A stretch of 64,000 nucleotides of DNA. Source: Planctomycetota bacterium (lineage in GTDB: Bacteria; Planctomycetota; UBA8742; UBA2392). This document shows positions 47,881 through 58,160 of this stretch, in pieces. The notes under the pieces are model-generated. The model was given only the letters and a program-made list of their open reading frames with translations. It did not search any database and was not told the origin of the DNA. A program made the translations under genes and the position numbers. The number at the start of each line of letters is the position of its first letter. Within the stretch, counting starts at the first letter, position 1. The DNA lies in contig JADZFR010000007.1 of assembly GCA_020849795.1 (NCBI GenBank), positions 16,184 to 80,183 on the forward strand, read 5' to 3'.

Positions 47881-49698
47881 ATGCGCACGCTTCGCTTCAT
47901 CCTTGCCGAGTACAAAGCCAACTTGCGCTGGTTCGTGATCGGCATCAGCGCACTGATCATTGGCGCGCTGGCCCAGACTGTCGCGCCGATCTACATCAAG
48001 CTTGCCGTGGATGCCGCGTCGCCCGAAGGCTTTGTCAGCGAAGAGGGCCTTGCCGGGCGCATCGCGCTGGCCACGATGATGACAGCACCCGAACGCAGCG
48101 AGCGCTTCGTGCTGGTGTGCCTGGGCATGGTGGCGCTGACCGCGCTGATTGTGGCGCTGGCCACGTTCTACAAGCGCTACTACCTGGTGCGCATTTCGCG
48201 CCGCACCGAGTACACGCTCAAGAAGCGCATGTATGCGCGGCTGCAGGACATGCCGGCCCGCTGGTACGACCACACCCGCAGCGGCGGAGTCATGTCGCTG
48301 ATGACCAGCGACATTGAAGCCGTTCGCATGATGATCGGCCCCGCCGTCATGTACATCGGCGGCACGGTCATCATGTTCCCGGCCAGCCTCGCGATCATGC
48401 TGTCCCTGAACTGGATGCTCACGCTGCTGGCGCTGATCCCGCTGGTTGGCTTGAGCGCCGCCACGATCTGGTTCAACCCGCGAGTGCGCAAATACAGTTT
48501 GCGCAGCCAGGAAGACCTTGAGCAGCTTTCGGCCCGGGCGCAGGAAAACTTTGCCGGGGCGCGAGTCGTAAAGGCCTTCAGCCGCGAAGACTTCGAAATT
48601 GCCGAGCTGCAGCGTCTGGGCGACACGTACCTCGAGAACAAGCTGGGACAGGCGCGCAACCAGGCGCTGTTTCAGGCCTGCATCTGGGGCTTTTCGGGCG
48701 TTGGCGTGCTGATCATTCTTTACTTCGGCGCCATTGAGGTCAGCGCCGGGCGCAGCAGCGTCGGCGACATGGCTGCATTCATGCTTTACAACCTGGGCCT
48801 GTATTGGCCGATGATCGCGCTGGGCTGGGTGACGATGCTGTTCGTGCGCGCATCGGCCAGCCTCAAGCGCATCGACGCGATGACCGAAGTTGCCAGCGAC
48901 CCCTCGCGCCTCGCGGGCGGCCTAAAACCGACCAGCCTGCGGGGAGAAGTCGAGTTTCAGGATGTCAGCCTGCGCTACAGCGACGATGCACCGCCGGCGC
49001 TGGTCGACGTGAACTTTCATGTCGCGCCCGGCCGCACGCTGGGCATCGTCGGCCAGGTCGGTAGCGGCAAAAGCACGATCGCCAACCTGCTGCTGCGCCT
49101 GTTGGCGCCAACGTCGGGCCGCGTACTCATCGACGGCATGCCGATTGAACAACTCGACGCCCACGTGCTGCGCGGCTTCATGGGCTATGTCCCGCAAGAC
49201 AGCTTTCTGTTCAGCGACACCATCGCGAACAACATCGCGCTCGCGTTGCCGGCCGATGACGCGGGCCGCGATGCCGCCGTACGCAAAGCCGCACAGGCAG
49301 CCGAGTTTGAGGCGGAAGTGCTGACGTTGCCGCAGGGCTACGACACCATGCTCGGCGAGCGCGGCGTCAACCTGTCCGGCGGCCAAAAACAGCGCGCGGC
49401 GATTGCGCGGGCACTCGCAGCCAAGCCGACGATTCTGGTGCTGGACGACTGCCTCAGCGCCGTCGACACCGACACCGAAGAGCGCATTCTGCGAAACCTG
49501 AAGGCCGAAACTCGCGACATCACCACCATCATCATCTCCCAGCGCATCAGCGGCGTTTCCCACGCCGACGAGATCATCGTGCTCGACCAGGGCCGGGTGG
49601 CCCAGCGTGGCTCAGATGCCGAGCTGCGCGCCGGTGGCGGTTTGTACGCCGAGCTGGCCCGCAGGCAGGAACTGGCAGCCGAACTGGCACACGAGTAG
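47881..49698 (+). CDS. ABC exporter, fused permease/ATPase (MsbA-like)
   Basis: Six-TM domain, Walker A GQVGSGKST, signature LSGGQKQRAAIARAL, Walker B ILVLDD. Confidence 0.85.
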   Translation: MRTLRFILAEYKANLRWFVIGISALIIGALAQTVAPIYIKLAVDAASPEGFVSEEGLAGRIALATMMTAPERSERFVLVCLGMVALTALIVALATFYKRYYLVRISRRTEYTLKKRMYARLQDMPARWYDHTRSGGVMSLMTSDIEAVRMMIGPAVMYIGGTVIMFPASLAIMLSLNWMLTLLALIPLVGLSAATIWFNPRVRKYSLRSQEDLEQLSARAQENFAGARVVKAFSREDFEIAELQRLGDTYLENKLGQARNQALFQACIWGFSGVGVLIILYFGAIEVSAGRSSVGDMAAFMLYNLGLYWPMIALGWVTMLFVRASASLKRIDAMTEVASDPSRLAGGLKPTSLRGEVEFQDVSLRYSDDAPPALVDVNFHVAPGRTLGIVGQVGSGKSTIANLLLRLLAPTSGRVLIDGMPIEQLDAHVLRGFMGYVPQDSFLFSDTIANNIALALPADDAGRDAAVRKAAQAAEFEAEVLTLPQGYDTMLGERGVNLSGGQKQRAAIARALAAKPTILVLDDCLSAVDTDTEERILRNLKAETRDITTIIISQRISGVSHADEIIVLDQGRVAQRGSDAELRAGGGLYAELARRQELAAELAHE

Positions 49699-49757
49699 CC
49701 TGTGCGCCTGGGCGGATCGGGTGCCGCCTGAATGATCAAACTACCGGACTGTGCAAT

Positions 49758-49982
49758 ATGCCCATAACTCGCGTGAAAACTCGTGGCACCGTGAAGTGGT
49801 ATGACCGCCGCAAAGGCTACGGCTACGCGGCGCGCACCGGCGCCGCAGAGGTGTTTCTTCACTATGGCGCCATCCGCAGCGACGGCGTCATTGAGCTGAC
49901 GCCTGGCCAGCAGATTGAGTTCATGCTTGAGCAAACGCCGCGCGGCGCAGTCGCCCATGAAATCAGGGTTGTACCGGATTAG
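49758..49982 (+). CDS. Cold-shock domain protein
   Basis: CSD core GTVKWYDRRKGYGYA (RNP1-like), ~74 aa. Confidence 0.7.
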   Translation: MPITRVKTRGTVKWYDRRKGYGYAARTGAAEVFLHYGAIRSDGVIELTPGQQIEFMLEQTPRGAVAHEIRVVPD

Positions 49983-51085
49983 TTTTTCGGAGGCGCAACT
50001 TCGCGGGTCTCGCTGTCCGGGGTGACAGCAGGCTTGCCGCCGAACGCCGGGTCCATCGCGCCGGTGACTTCTTCTTCGACTTTCTTCAGCGCGGACTTGT
50101 TCAGGATCGCCGTCTGCTTGGTGCGGATCTGTTCGTTGATGCCACCGGCCAGCGCATACTGCGCGCCCGACGCGGGCTTGACCTGTTCTTCAATCGGCGC
50201 CAGCACGCCGCCTGAGATGATGAACTTCATCGCCTCCTGCACCGTGATGTCCAGCTGGATCACCTCTTCGGCCGCAACCACCATCGTGTAGCCGGTCATG
50301 GGTGCGGGGCTGCTTGGCACGTACACGGTCACCATGCGCTTGCGCGTATGATCCTGCACCGACCGCAAGCCGGAACCTGTCACGAACACAATCGACCACA
50401 GGCCGCGGCGCGGGTATTCAAGAATCGCGACTGTCTCAAACTCGATCGGCTTGTTGTCGGTGAAAAAGAACTCGACCAGTTGCTTGGCGTGCGGATAGAT
50501 CGACTTCACGACCGGGACGCGCGTAACAAACCACTCCAGCAGGCTGACAAACTTGCGACCCAGAAAGTTGCGCGCCAGGAAGCCCAGCAGCACGACCAAC
50601 GCCAAACCCAGTACGCTGGCCAGCAGGTAGTCAAACCAGTTGTAGCGCTCGACGCGCCCCGAAAGCGGGTTGTACTGCCGCTTCCAGCCGTTGGCATCGA
50701 GCACGGCCTGCAAGATGCTGCGCGGCTGCCCGGGTGGTGACAGGCCCTGCGTGTCGGCGGGCAGGTCCATGATGCGGGGCATTCTCTTGAGGTTGGCCTC
50801 GGTGTGCACGACGACGCCGTTGGTCGGCAGCCCGTTTCCATCCATGGGCGACTGGAAAAACGAGTCGTCGAGATAGATCAACTCAGACTCGGTCAGCGGC
50901 CGTGGATCGAACGTCGTGACCATGTCGATGCCCTGGATGGTCAGCTCGACGACGTACACGCGCAGCACGTCCCACACCCACGCAAAAATCGCAATCGTAA
51001 TCACTGCCGGCAGCAGGATTGAAAGGCCCTTCAGGAACGCCCTGCCGACAGGACCGCGCTTCTTGTGGTTGGGTTTGTTCGTCAT
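49979..51085 (-). CDS. DUF502-family membrane protein
   Basis: N-terminal TM pair with LKGL...LP motif. Conserved YPxxGxW...GF motif carrying a large insertion. Confidence 0.6.
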   Translation of the reverse strand: MTNKPNHKKRGPVGRAFLKGLSILLPAVITIAIFAWVWDVLRVYVVELTIQGIDMVTTFDPRPLTESELIYLDDSFFQSPMDGNGLPTNGVVVHTEANLKRMPRIMDLPADTQGLSPPGQPRSILQAVLDANGWKRQYNPLSGRVERYNWFDYLLASVLGLALVVLLGFLARNFLGRKFVSLLEWFVTRVPVVKSIYPHAKQLVEFFFTDNKPIEFETVAILEYPRRGLWSIVFVTGSGLRSVQDHTRKRMVTVYVPSSPAPMTGYTMVVAAEEVIQLDITVQEAMKFIISGGVLAPIEEQVKPASGAQYALAGGINEQIRTKQTAILNKSALKKVEEEVTGAMDPAFGGKPAVTPDSETREVAPPKN

Positions 51086-51176
51086 CCGCTCGCCTGGAAG
51101 TCCGTAAAACTTTAGCGCACAGAGGGTTGGGGTCAACAGCGCTTGCATATGCAGGGGGTGCCACTAGACTTCCGCG

Positions 51177-52274
51177 ATGCGGCTGTTGCGCCACGATTTT
51201 CGCGATTTGAAGCTCGCGTTCGCCCTGTCATTTGACCTGCGACGCGTGATGTACGCCGGGCTGGCCCTGTGCTGGACGGTAATGGTGATCGGCGTTGTGC
51301 TGGCTGTGCTCAGCGCGCGCGCCTATGGCCAGGCGTTCTCGCCCGAAGGCCTGTTTCTGGTGTTTGACACACTCGGCAGCATGCCCATCACGCCAGGGCG
51401 CGCACTGATGTTCGGGTGCATTCTGGCCGGGTGGTGGATCGGCTTTGGCTGGCTTACCGCCCCGGTCATGCGCAGCGCGGCAGTCGACATTGCCCGCGAC
51501 GAGCGCGAACGCCGTGCCAGCATTCCCGTGCTCAACCGCCAAGCCGCATTTGCGCCCCTGCTGGGCATCAGCGTCGCGGTGGTGGCACTGCTGTTGGCGC
51601 TGCTCTGGTCTCTGTTCGCGATGATCCCCGGCGCTGCCGGCGCAGTGCTGGCCGGCATGTTGTTGCCGCTGGTGTTGATCGTGACCGTCTTTGCCGGCGC
51701 CGTGACCATCGTGGTGCTTGCCAGCGCACCGATGATGGGACCCACCGCCGTAGTCGAGGGCAGAGATTACTTTGAGGCAGTCACCCGGCCCATGAGTTAC
51801 GCCATGCAACTGCCGGGGCGTTATCTGGCCTACCAGGGCGGCAAGCTGCTCACGGTCACCGTATCAGCAATCCTGGGTGCGGCGGCATTGGCCATCGGCT
51901 GGGCGATTGTCGCGGCGGCCCTGTGGATTGTCGGCGAGACCGGGGTGTTGCATGACGCCTGGCACGAAGCCACCGGTCGCGGCGACGGCGGCAAGGGCGG
52001 CGGTGTGCTGGCCGTGCTGATGGCGGGCATGTTCTGGGGCTCCATCGGGTTGCTGGCGACGTGGCTGATGACCGTGTGCCTGTGCGCTGACCTGATCGTT
52101 TACCTGTTGATGCGCTACCGCGTCGACGGCGTGACATTTGATGCCATCGCGATCGCCGAGGACAAGCTCAAGGTCTACCCCCGCGCCACCGAGACAGCCG
52201 AGCAAGCTGAAGCAGCCCGCAAACGCTTCGACGAGCAGCAGGCAGCCGGCGAAAAAGTCAAAGTTGAAGGCTAG
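51177..52274 (+). CDS. Hypothetical polytopic membrane protein
   Basis: 6-7 hydrophobic helices and a C-terminal Lys/Glu-rich tail. Confidence 0.5.
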   Translation: MRLLRHDFRDLKLAFALSFDLRRVMYAGLALCWTVMVIGVVLAVLSARAYGQAFSPEGLFLVFDTLGSMPITPGRALMFGCILAGWWIGFGWLTAPVMRSAAVDIARDERERRASIPVLNRQAAFAPLLGISVAVVALLLALLWSLFAMIPGAAGAVLAGMLLPLVLIVTVFAGAVTIVVLASAPMMGPTAVVEGRDYFEAVTRPMSYAMQLPGRYLAYQGGKLLTVTVSAILGAAALAIGWAIVAAALWIVGETGVLHDAWHEATGRGDGGKGGGVLAVLMAGMFWGSIGLLATWLMTVCLCADLIVYLLMRYRVDGVTFDAIAIAEDKLKVYPRATETAEQAEAARKRFDEQQAAGEKVKVEG

Positions 52275-52351
52275 CCCTTTTCCCAACCCTTTGGCCCTGC
52301 GCGCGTTAAACTCGTGCGGCCGCGTGCCGGCCCGGGCGTATTGAGGTGACC

Positions 52352-54055
52352 ATGTCGCAGTTGCTCGCCAAGTACTTGATTGAAGAGCGCGGGATCCGCC
52401 AGGACAAGGTGGACCACCTTCTCCAACGCGCCAAAGAATCCGGCGAACGCATGGATTCAGCGCTGGTCGAGCACGGCATTCTCGCGGAAAACGAGATGCT
52501 GGAATTCTACGCCTCGCAGCTCGGGTTGCCGTACGAAAACGAGCTGGCCAAATACAAGCCCAACCCGCGCTTTGCCGAGAAAGTCCCCGTCGGGTTCGCG
52601 CGCCAGTACAACCTGGTCGGCCTTGACGAAATTGCCGGCATCCTGCGCGTCGCCACCTGCCGCCCGCTTGACCTGTACCCGATGGACGAGCTTGCGGGCC
52701 TGCTGCACCAGCCGATTGAGCCGGTACTGGCCCCGCGCGTCGAAATCAGCGAGCTGATCAACAAGACCTACGCCCAGAAAAGCGAAGTCAGCGACGAGGT
52801 TGAGCGCGAACTCGAAGCTGACGGCATGCTCGAGACCGAGTTCGAATTCGACGCCAAGACCGACATCCTGAACATCGCCACCGCGGCGCCGATCATCAAG
52901 CTGGTCAACACGATCTTCAGCCAGGCGCTGCGCATGCGGGCCAGCGACATTCACATCCAGCCCAGCGAGCACAAACTGCAGATTCGGTACCGTGTAGACG
53001 GCGTGCTGTACGACGTGATGACCCCCAGCAAGAAGCTGCAGGACGCCATCATCGCGCGCATCAAGGTCATGGGGCGCATGGACATCGCCGAGCGCCGCCT
53101 GCCCCAGGACGGCCGGGCCAGCATCAAGATGGGCGACGCCGAGATCGACTTGCGTATCAGCACCGTGCCCACCAACTTCGGTGAGCGCGCGGTGATTCGT
53201 ATCCTGGAAAAGAACACCAAAGAGTTCCGGCTGTCCGACATTGGCTTCATGAAGGACAACGAGGACATCTTCAATACTTACCTGGAATACTCCAACGGCA
53301 TCATTCTGCTGACCGGCCCCACCGGCAGCGGCAAGACCACCACGCTGTACGCCGCGATCGGCAACATCAACCGGCCGGACATCAACATTCTCACGATCGA
53401 AGACCCGATCGAGTACCAGATGCCCGGCGCCAGCCAGGTCGAGGTGAACGAGAAAAAGGGCCTGACGTTTGCCCGCGCGCTGCGCAGCTTTGTGCGACAG
53501 GACCCCGACGTCATCCTGGTCGGCGAAATCCGCGACCTTGAAACCGCGCAGATTGCCATCCAGTCCGCGCTGACGGGCCACCTTGTGTTCAGCACCCTGC
53601 ACACCAACGACGCGCCCAGCACCGTCACGCGCCTTGTGGACCTTGGCGTTGAGCCGTTCCTGGTCTCAAGCTCGGTCATCTGCGTCGTCGCCCAGCGCCT
53701 TGTGCGCCGCATCTGCAAAGAGTGCAAGGGCGAGTACGTGCCCGACGAACGCGAACTCAAGGGTTTTGACCTTTCGCTGGACGACCTCGAGCACGGCCAC
53801 CTGTGGCAGGGCCGCGGTTGTGAAGCCTGCTTCAAGACCGGTTTCACGGGCCGGACGGCGATTCACGAGATTCTGCCGATCAGCGAACGCATCAAGCAGC
53901 AGATCGTGGAAAAGCAGCCGGCAGGCGAAATCAAGCGCTGGGCAGTAACCCAGGGCGGCCTGCGCACACTGCGCATGGACGGCATGCGAAAAGCCATGAT
54001 GGGCCAGACCACGCTGGCAGAAATCGCAACCACAACCCAACGCGACACGTTTTAG
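52352..54055 (+). CDS. gspE: Type II secretion / type IV pilus assembly ATPase, GspE/PilB family
   Basis: T2SSE N-domain. Walker A LLTGPTGSGKTT, Asp box, Walker B VILVGEIRD, His box, tetra-Cys motif CKEC...CEAC. Confidence 0.85.
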   Translation: MSQLLAKYLIEERGIRQDKVDHLLQRAKESGERMDSALVEHGILAENEMLEFYASQLGLPYENELAKYKPNPRFAEKVPVGFARQYNLVGLDEIAGILRVATCRPLDLYPMDELAGLLHQPIEPVLAPRVEISELINKTYAQKSEVSDEVERELEADGMLETEFEFDAKTDILNIATAAPIIKLVNTIFSQALRMRASDIHIQPSEHKLQIRYRVDGVLYDVMTPSKKLQDAIIARIKVMGRMDIAERRLPQDGRASIKMGDAEIDLRISTVPTNFGERAVIRILEKNTKEFRLSDIGFMKDNEDIFNTYLEYSNGIILLTGPTGSGKTTTLYAAIGNINRPDINILTIEDPIEYQMPGASQVEVNEKKGLTFARALRSFVRQDPDVILVGEIRDLETAQIAIQSALTGHLVFSTLHTNDAPSTVTRLVDLGVEPFLVSSSVICVVAQRLVRRICKECKGEYVPDERELKGFDLSLDDLEHGHLWQGRGCEACFKTGFTGRTAIHEILPISERIKQQIVEKQPAGEIKRWAVTQGGLRTLRMDGMRKAMMGQTTLAEIATTTQRDTF

Positions 54056-56795
54056 AAACAATCTCACGAACGTCGGAGCAACCAGCGCAGCCGCGCAATG
54101 TTTGGGTCAGGCGTGCTTTGGGTGCCCTCGGGGGAGGGGGCCCGGGCGCCGACTTGCGTGCCCCGGCTTCTCCCGCCTGACATCTAAACAAATTGGCAAG
54201 CTTCCGTTCACCAATTCGCGAAGCCGCACAGGCAAATCGGCCTCTTCTTTGCGTTGATGGAACCCCTTGTCGGGCGCGGCCCGCACGTCGGCTCTTTCGC
54301 CATCCAGCGAGCCAAGCGAAGGATCGGGCGGAGCAAGCCTGATCCCCTTTCTCAATTTGTCGGGGCCACACAATGCAAGCGTGTACTAGACTTCGATGCG
54401 CGATGTCTTCCAGATTTCCCCTACCAAGGCTATCAGCAGCCCGTGCCGAGCCTCAATGGCCTTTGCGTTCCAAGAGGGAAACGCTTGCAACTTCTCATTG
54501 ATTCGCATGATAGAGGTGTCCTTGCCGATGTTGGACAAACCGGCCAGACTGCGGGTCAAGTAGTTGCCGCTGTTGCAGTACTTGGCCCGCTTGGCCTCGT
54601 AGAAGTCGTTGCCCGCGACGATGTTGATGGGTTTCTCCAGCAAGGTCAGGTTGCCGAGCCGGTTCTTGTAGTCGTCGTACCCAGCATCTGGATTCTCGGC
54701 AACCCACTTGCCGCGCAGTTCCTCTTTTGGTTTGTCCGGCAGAATGTGTTCGATCTCTAGCTTGGTGAACGGTTCCAAACTACCCAGCGTCTTTTGGCCG
54801 CTGAAAGCCATCTCGACGTGCTGCGTCAGCCGCGCCAGAAAGTAGCGCGTCCGGTACTGCTGCATCGAGTAAAGAGTGAAGCGTCGGAGCGCATCGACCA
54901 GTTCCTGCGACTTTTTGGACATGTTCGTCTCGAAGCGCTCAGAGATGAACTCATTGATCTGCACCTTCTGCTTCACGGGGTCGGTAACTGCGGCAATTGC
55001 ACGCAGCTCGTCCGCCCATTGGGAAAAGCTCCGCTCCAGATCCTTGGTCGGCGTCTTGGTAAAGATGTAGTAGAAAAGAAAGCTCTCCAACTGCGTCACA
55101 AAGTGGTCGAACAGAGGCTTTGGGAAGCTAGCCGCAGCCATGAGCAGGACGTAGTGCAAACTGAAGGCTCCGCCCGCCAGCCGCTTCAAGCTGTCCATCG
55201 CAAGGCTTGGCTTGCCGTCGTTGCCAAGCCCATTCGAGAACGCGAGATAGTGTTCTACGCTTCGGTGAATCTTTCGAACAAACTCGAACGGCTTGCCTGC
55301 GAAACCGCACAGCGCCGCGTTCTCCTTGTCCACGAACCAGTCGTAGATTTCGTCCTCGCGCACCACGGCATCACCCCGCTCGTTCTTGATAACGTAGTTC
55401 GCCATCAGGAAATAGCGCAGAAAGCGCAGCGGCTTCTCTTTCTCTGTTTCCAGCGGCTTGGTGATATTCTTCCACTCGTCCTTGAGCCGCGTGAACTGAC
55501 CCTGCTTCACCTGTTTGAACAGTAGATTCTTAAGTAAGTCCATCGGATTCAGGCCGACACCGCGCTCATTAATGGTCTCAAAAATCTTCAGGGCGCTGCT
55601 CACGTCCGTGGAGATCTGAATGAACACCACGTAGTTCGCCAAGTAACCCCAATACTTCTTCAGCTTGGGTGTGTCCTGGTAGTTGTCCTTCAGGTAGCCG
55701 TGGAGGGTGCTATAGGCGTTCACCAGATTTTCCAGCGACCCGAAACTGGTGATACCCGCCGATTGAATGCCAGCCCGCACGGCTTGAGGGTCGGCGTCGA
55801 GTTCGACTAGCTTGGCGATGACCTCGCCCGCATTCTCGTAGCGAGGTTCTAGCTTCAAGCTGCATCGCGTTTCCCCGTCGCTATCGGTATAAGTAGTCGA
55901 AATTAGGCCGCTGACTGTTTGACGCTGTGGCTCGTGCTGAAACAGATGTTTGAGGGCGCAGAGTAGCAGGAAGAACGTAGTAAGGCGCTGCTGACCATCG
56001 ATCACGTCGTAGTGACCTTTTTGGTCGGTCGGCGACACCAGCACGGTGCCAATGAAGTATTCCCGAGGCGCGCCCGCATTGATCTGCTCGTCGATGTCAT
56101 CGAGCAACTGATGCACTTCCTTATCTGTCCAGACGTACTCGCGTTGGTAATCCGGCACGATGTAGAAGCACTCCCTGAAAGCTTCCTCAATGCTGTATTT
56201 GTGGTTTTCGATACGTGCCATGGTATTGTCCTACTGCGAAGTCTAGATTTCACTAGTACGACCGCGTTTGAAATCGGCGTTACTGCCGTCCCGGAGATGC
56301 TTCTAGCGCTTCACGCACGAGAACTAAAGAGGCACCAAGGAGAGTGGTCAATGGGGCTGTTCAACCGGGCAGGTGGGTGACAGTTTAGGCCGGCCCTAAC
56401 GATCGAATTTGGGTGGCTCCTGCTGAGATGCTGTAATCCGTGCGAGCGGACGTGCCAACGTATTCTAAGAGCCTCTAGATCGAACCGTTGCTGCGACTTC
56501 CGACTTCGCATGACCTGTGTCGATCGGGTCGGAGTGCGGCCCATCGGCCACTGTTGCAGCCGGGCGTCCGCCGGGTGGGATGCGTGACGCCATGAGCCGA
56601 GGCACGTAATTCGGCATCGCTGGGTCGCGAGCGACCACGGCGCATAAGCTAAGGCCAGCGCCCCAAGTTTACCCCTGAGCGCCCAAGGAAAACCCCTTCC
56701 TGTTAGAAGCAACCACGGATGGTGTCGCTCCGGTCTTGCCAATGGCTTGGGGCTGGGCACCATGCCATTGCCGCCGCGCTGGTCTCTGAAGAGAG
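54056..56795. other. Lower-GC islet (~55% vs ~67%) carrying a single defence gene; likely horizontally acquired
   Basis: Visible compositional shift. Contains a 330-bp and a ~570-bp non-coding flank on either side of the GmrSD gene. Confidence 0.6.
54386..56221 (-). CDS. GmrSD-family type IV (modification-dependent) restriction endonuclease, DUF262 + DUF1524
   Basis: N-terminal DUF262 with DGQQR motif (YDVIDGQQRLTT). C-terminal DUF1524 His-Me finger (EIEHILP...NLTLLEKPINI). 611 aa. Confidence 0.8.
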   Translation of the reverse strand: MARIENHKYSIEEAFRECFYIVPDYQREYVWTDKEVHQLLDDIDEQINAGAPREYFIGTVLVSPTDQKGHYDVIDGQQRLTTFFLLLCALKHLFQHEPQRQTVSGLISTTYTDSDGETRCSLKLEPRYENAGEVIAKLVELDADPQAVRAGIQSAGITSFGSLENLVNAYSTLHGYLKDNYQDTPKLKKYWGYLANYVVFIQISTDVSSALKIFETINERGVGLNPMDLLKNLLFKQVKQGQFTRLKDEWKNITKPLETEKEKPLRFLRYFLMANYVIKNERGDAVVREDEIYDWFVDKENAALCGFAGKPFEFVRKIHRSVEHYLAFSNGLGNDGKPSLAMDSLKRLAGGAFSLHYVLLMAAASFPKPLFDHFVTQLESFLFYYIFTKTPTKDLERSFSQWADELRAIAAVTDPVKQKVQINEFISERFETNMSKKSQELVDALRRFTLYSMQQYRTRYFLARLTQHVEMAFSGQKTLGSLEPFTKLEIEHILPDKPKEELRGKWVAENPDAGYDDYKNRLGNLTLLEKPINIVAGNDFYEAKRAKYCNSGNYLTRSLAGLSNIGKDTSIMRINEKLQAFPSWNAKAIEARHGLLIALVGEIWKTSRIEV

Positions 56796-57176
56796 GTGTC
56801 TATGTCGTCTACGCAACTGGACCGATTTGCCGCTGCTGCCCTTACCGGGTTGCTGGCGCGCCGTGAATGGGACGATGTCGAAGAACTTGCCGCTGATGCC
56901 TTTCGCATCGCGCGCGCCATGATGGCCCAGCGCCTGAAACAGCAGGAAATGCCCGACAGCGACGTGATGCTCGGCGACGTGCTGAACGAGAAAGTCGAGG
57001 TGCTTGACCTGCCCCTGCGCATCACCAAGAAGCTTGAGGGCCTGGGCATCAGCACGGTCCGCGACCTCACGCTCACGACCGAAAAAGCCATCCGCTTCAC
57101 CGGCCTCGCCGACGAAAGCATCAGCGAAATCAACCAGAGCCTGCACCGCCTCGGACTGACACTCAGCCCGCAATAG
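56796..57176 (+). CDS. Small protein with RNA polymerase alpha-CTD-like helix-hairpin-helix domain
   Basis: C-terminal LDLPLRITKKLEGLGISTVRDLTLTTEKAIRFTGLADESISEINQSLHRLGL resembles RpoA alpha-CTD. Confidence 0.45.
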   Translation: MSMSSTQLDRFAAAALTGLLARREWDDVEELAADAFRIARAMMAQRLKQQEMPDSDVMLGDVLNEKVEVLDLPLRITKKLEGLGISTVRDLTLTTEKAIRFTGLADESISEINQSLHRLGLTLSPQ

Positions 57177-57188
57177 CCGGCGCAGCGG

Positions 57189-58160
57189 CTACGCGGGCGG
57201 CGCCGGTGGCGGGCCGCCGATGCCCGTCGGGATGCCTTGCCCCAGCCGCGTGTTCAGCACTTTCAGCGCCTTCCTGATTTCATCCAGTTTGCCGTCAATC
57301 AAGTGCACTTCATCCTCGAGTGTCACCTTGTCCGAGACACGCCGCTTGGCCAGCGCCTCGTTTTCGGCTTCGGCCTGCATCTCGTTCATGCCCGACATGA
57401 TCACGCCGATGAACAGGTTCAGTATCACCATTGCCCCCGAGATGATGAACGACACAAAGAACAGCGCCCCCAGCAGCGGGTGAGCCGTTGAAACCCGCGT
57501 GAAGCCGTGGGCCTGCGCCCAGGCGTCCATCTCCGGGTTGTAGCCGTAGTGGTCGCTGCCATACATCTGGATGTACATCAGGTCGGTCCAGTCCTCGAGT
57601 GTGACACCCCGGAACAGCGACAGCAGCGCGCGTTGCAGGTCGCCAAAGTGCCACGGGTCGTTCGCGCCGAAGAAAAAGACGGCGGCTGCGGCGAAAATGT
57701 AGAAGTGAAGGCCCAGCAGCACGACCACATAGCCCATCGACGGGATGCTCTTTAGCAGCGCGCCCACGATCAGTTGCAGGCGCGGCAGCGCCGTCACAAG
57801 CCGGAACACACGCAAGATGCGCACCAGGCGCAGCACCGGGATCAGCGCGGCGGTGCTTTCGCCCATGGGGATGAAGCAGGCGGCGACGATCACGAAGTCG
57901 AAGATGTTCCAGCGGTCCTTGAAGAAGTGGTGCGGCTTGGGCCACTTGGCGATCAGCTTGAGCACGATTTCGACTGTGAAGATGCCGAGGATGATCTGGT
58001 CAAGCAGGTGAATGATGAAGTGGTGATCGGCATAGAACTGGTGATAGGTTTCAATGCCCACGACCACGCCGGCTAAGACAATCACGCCAATGATGAACGC
58101 CTGGAACCACTTGTGTTCGGTAACGCGCTTGGCCAGCTTGACCATGGCAATGCTCCACAA
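57189..58160 (-). CDS. Voltage-gated cation channel, NaChBac/BacNav family, with acidic filter TLEDWTD
   Basis: Six TM helices. S4 with Arg every third residue (LRLVRILRVFRLV). Pore FRGVTLEDWTD. C-terminal coiled coil. Confidence 0.8.
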   Translation of the reverse strand: MWSIAMVKLAKRVTEHKWFQAFIIGVIVLAGVVVGIETYHQFYADHHFIIHLLDQIILGIFTVEIVLKLIAKWPKPHHFFKDRWNIFDFVIVAACFIPMGESTAALIPVLRLVRILRVFRLVTALPRLQLIVGALLKSIPSMGYVVVLLGLHFYIFAAAAVFFFGANDPWHFGDLQRALLSLFRGVTLEDWTDLMYIQMYGSDHYGYNPEMDAWAQAHGFTRVSTAHPLLGALFFVSFIISGAMVILNLFIGVIMSGMNEMQAEAENEALAKRRVSDKVTLEDEVHLIDGKLDEIRKALKVLNTRLGQGIPTGIGGPPPAPPA

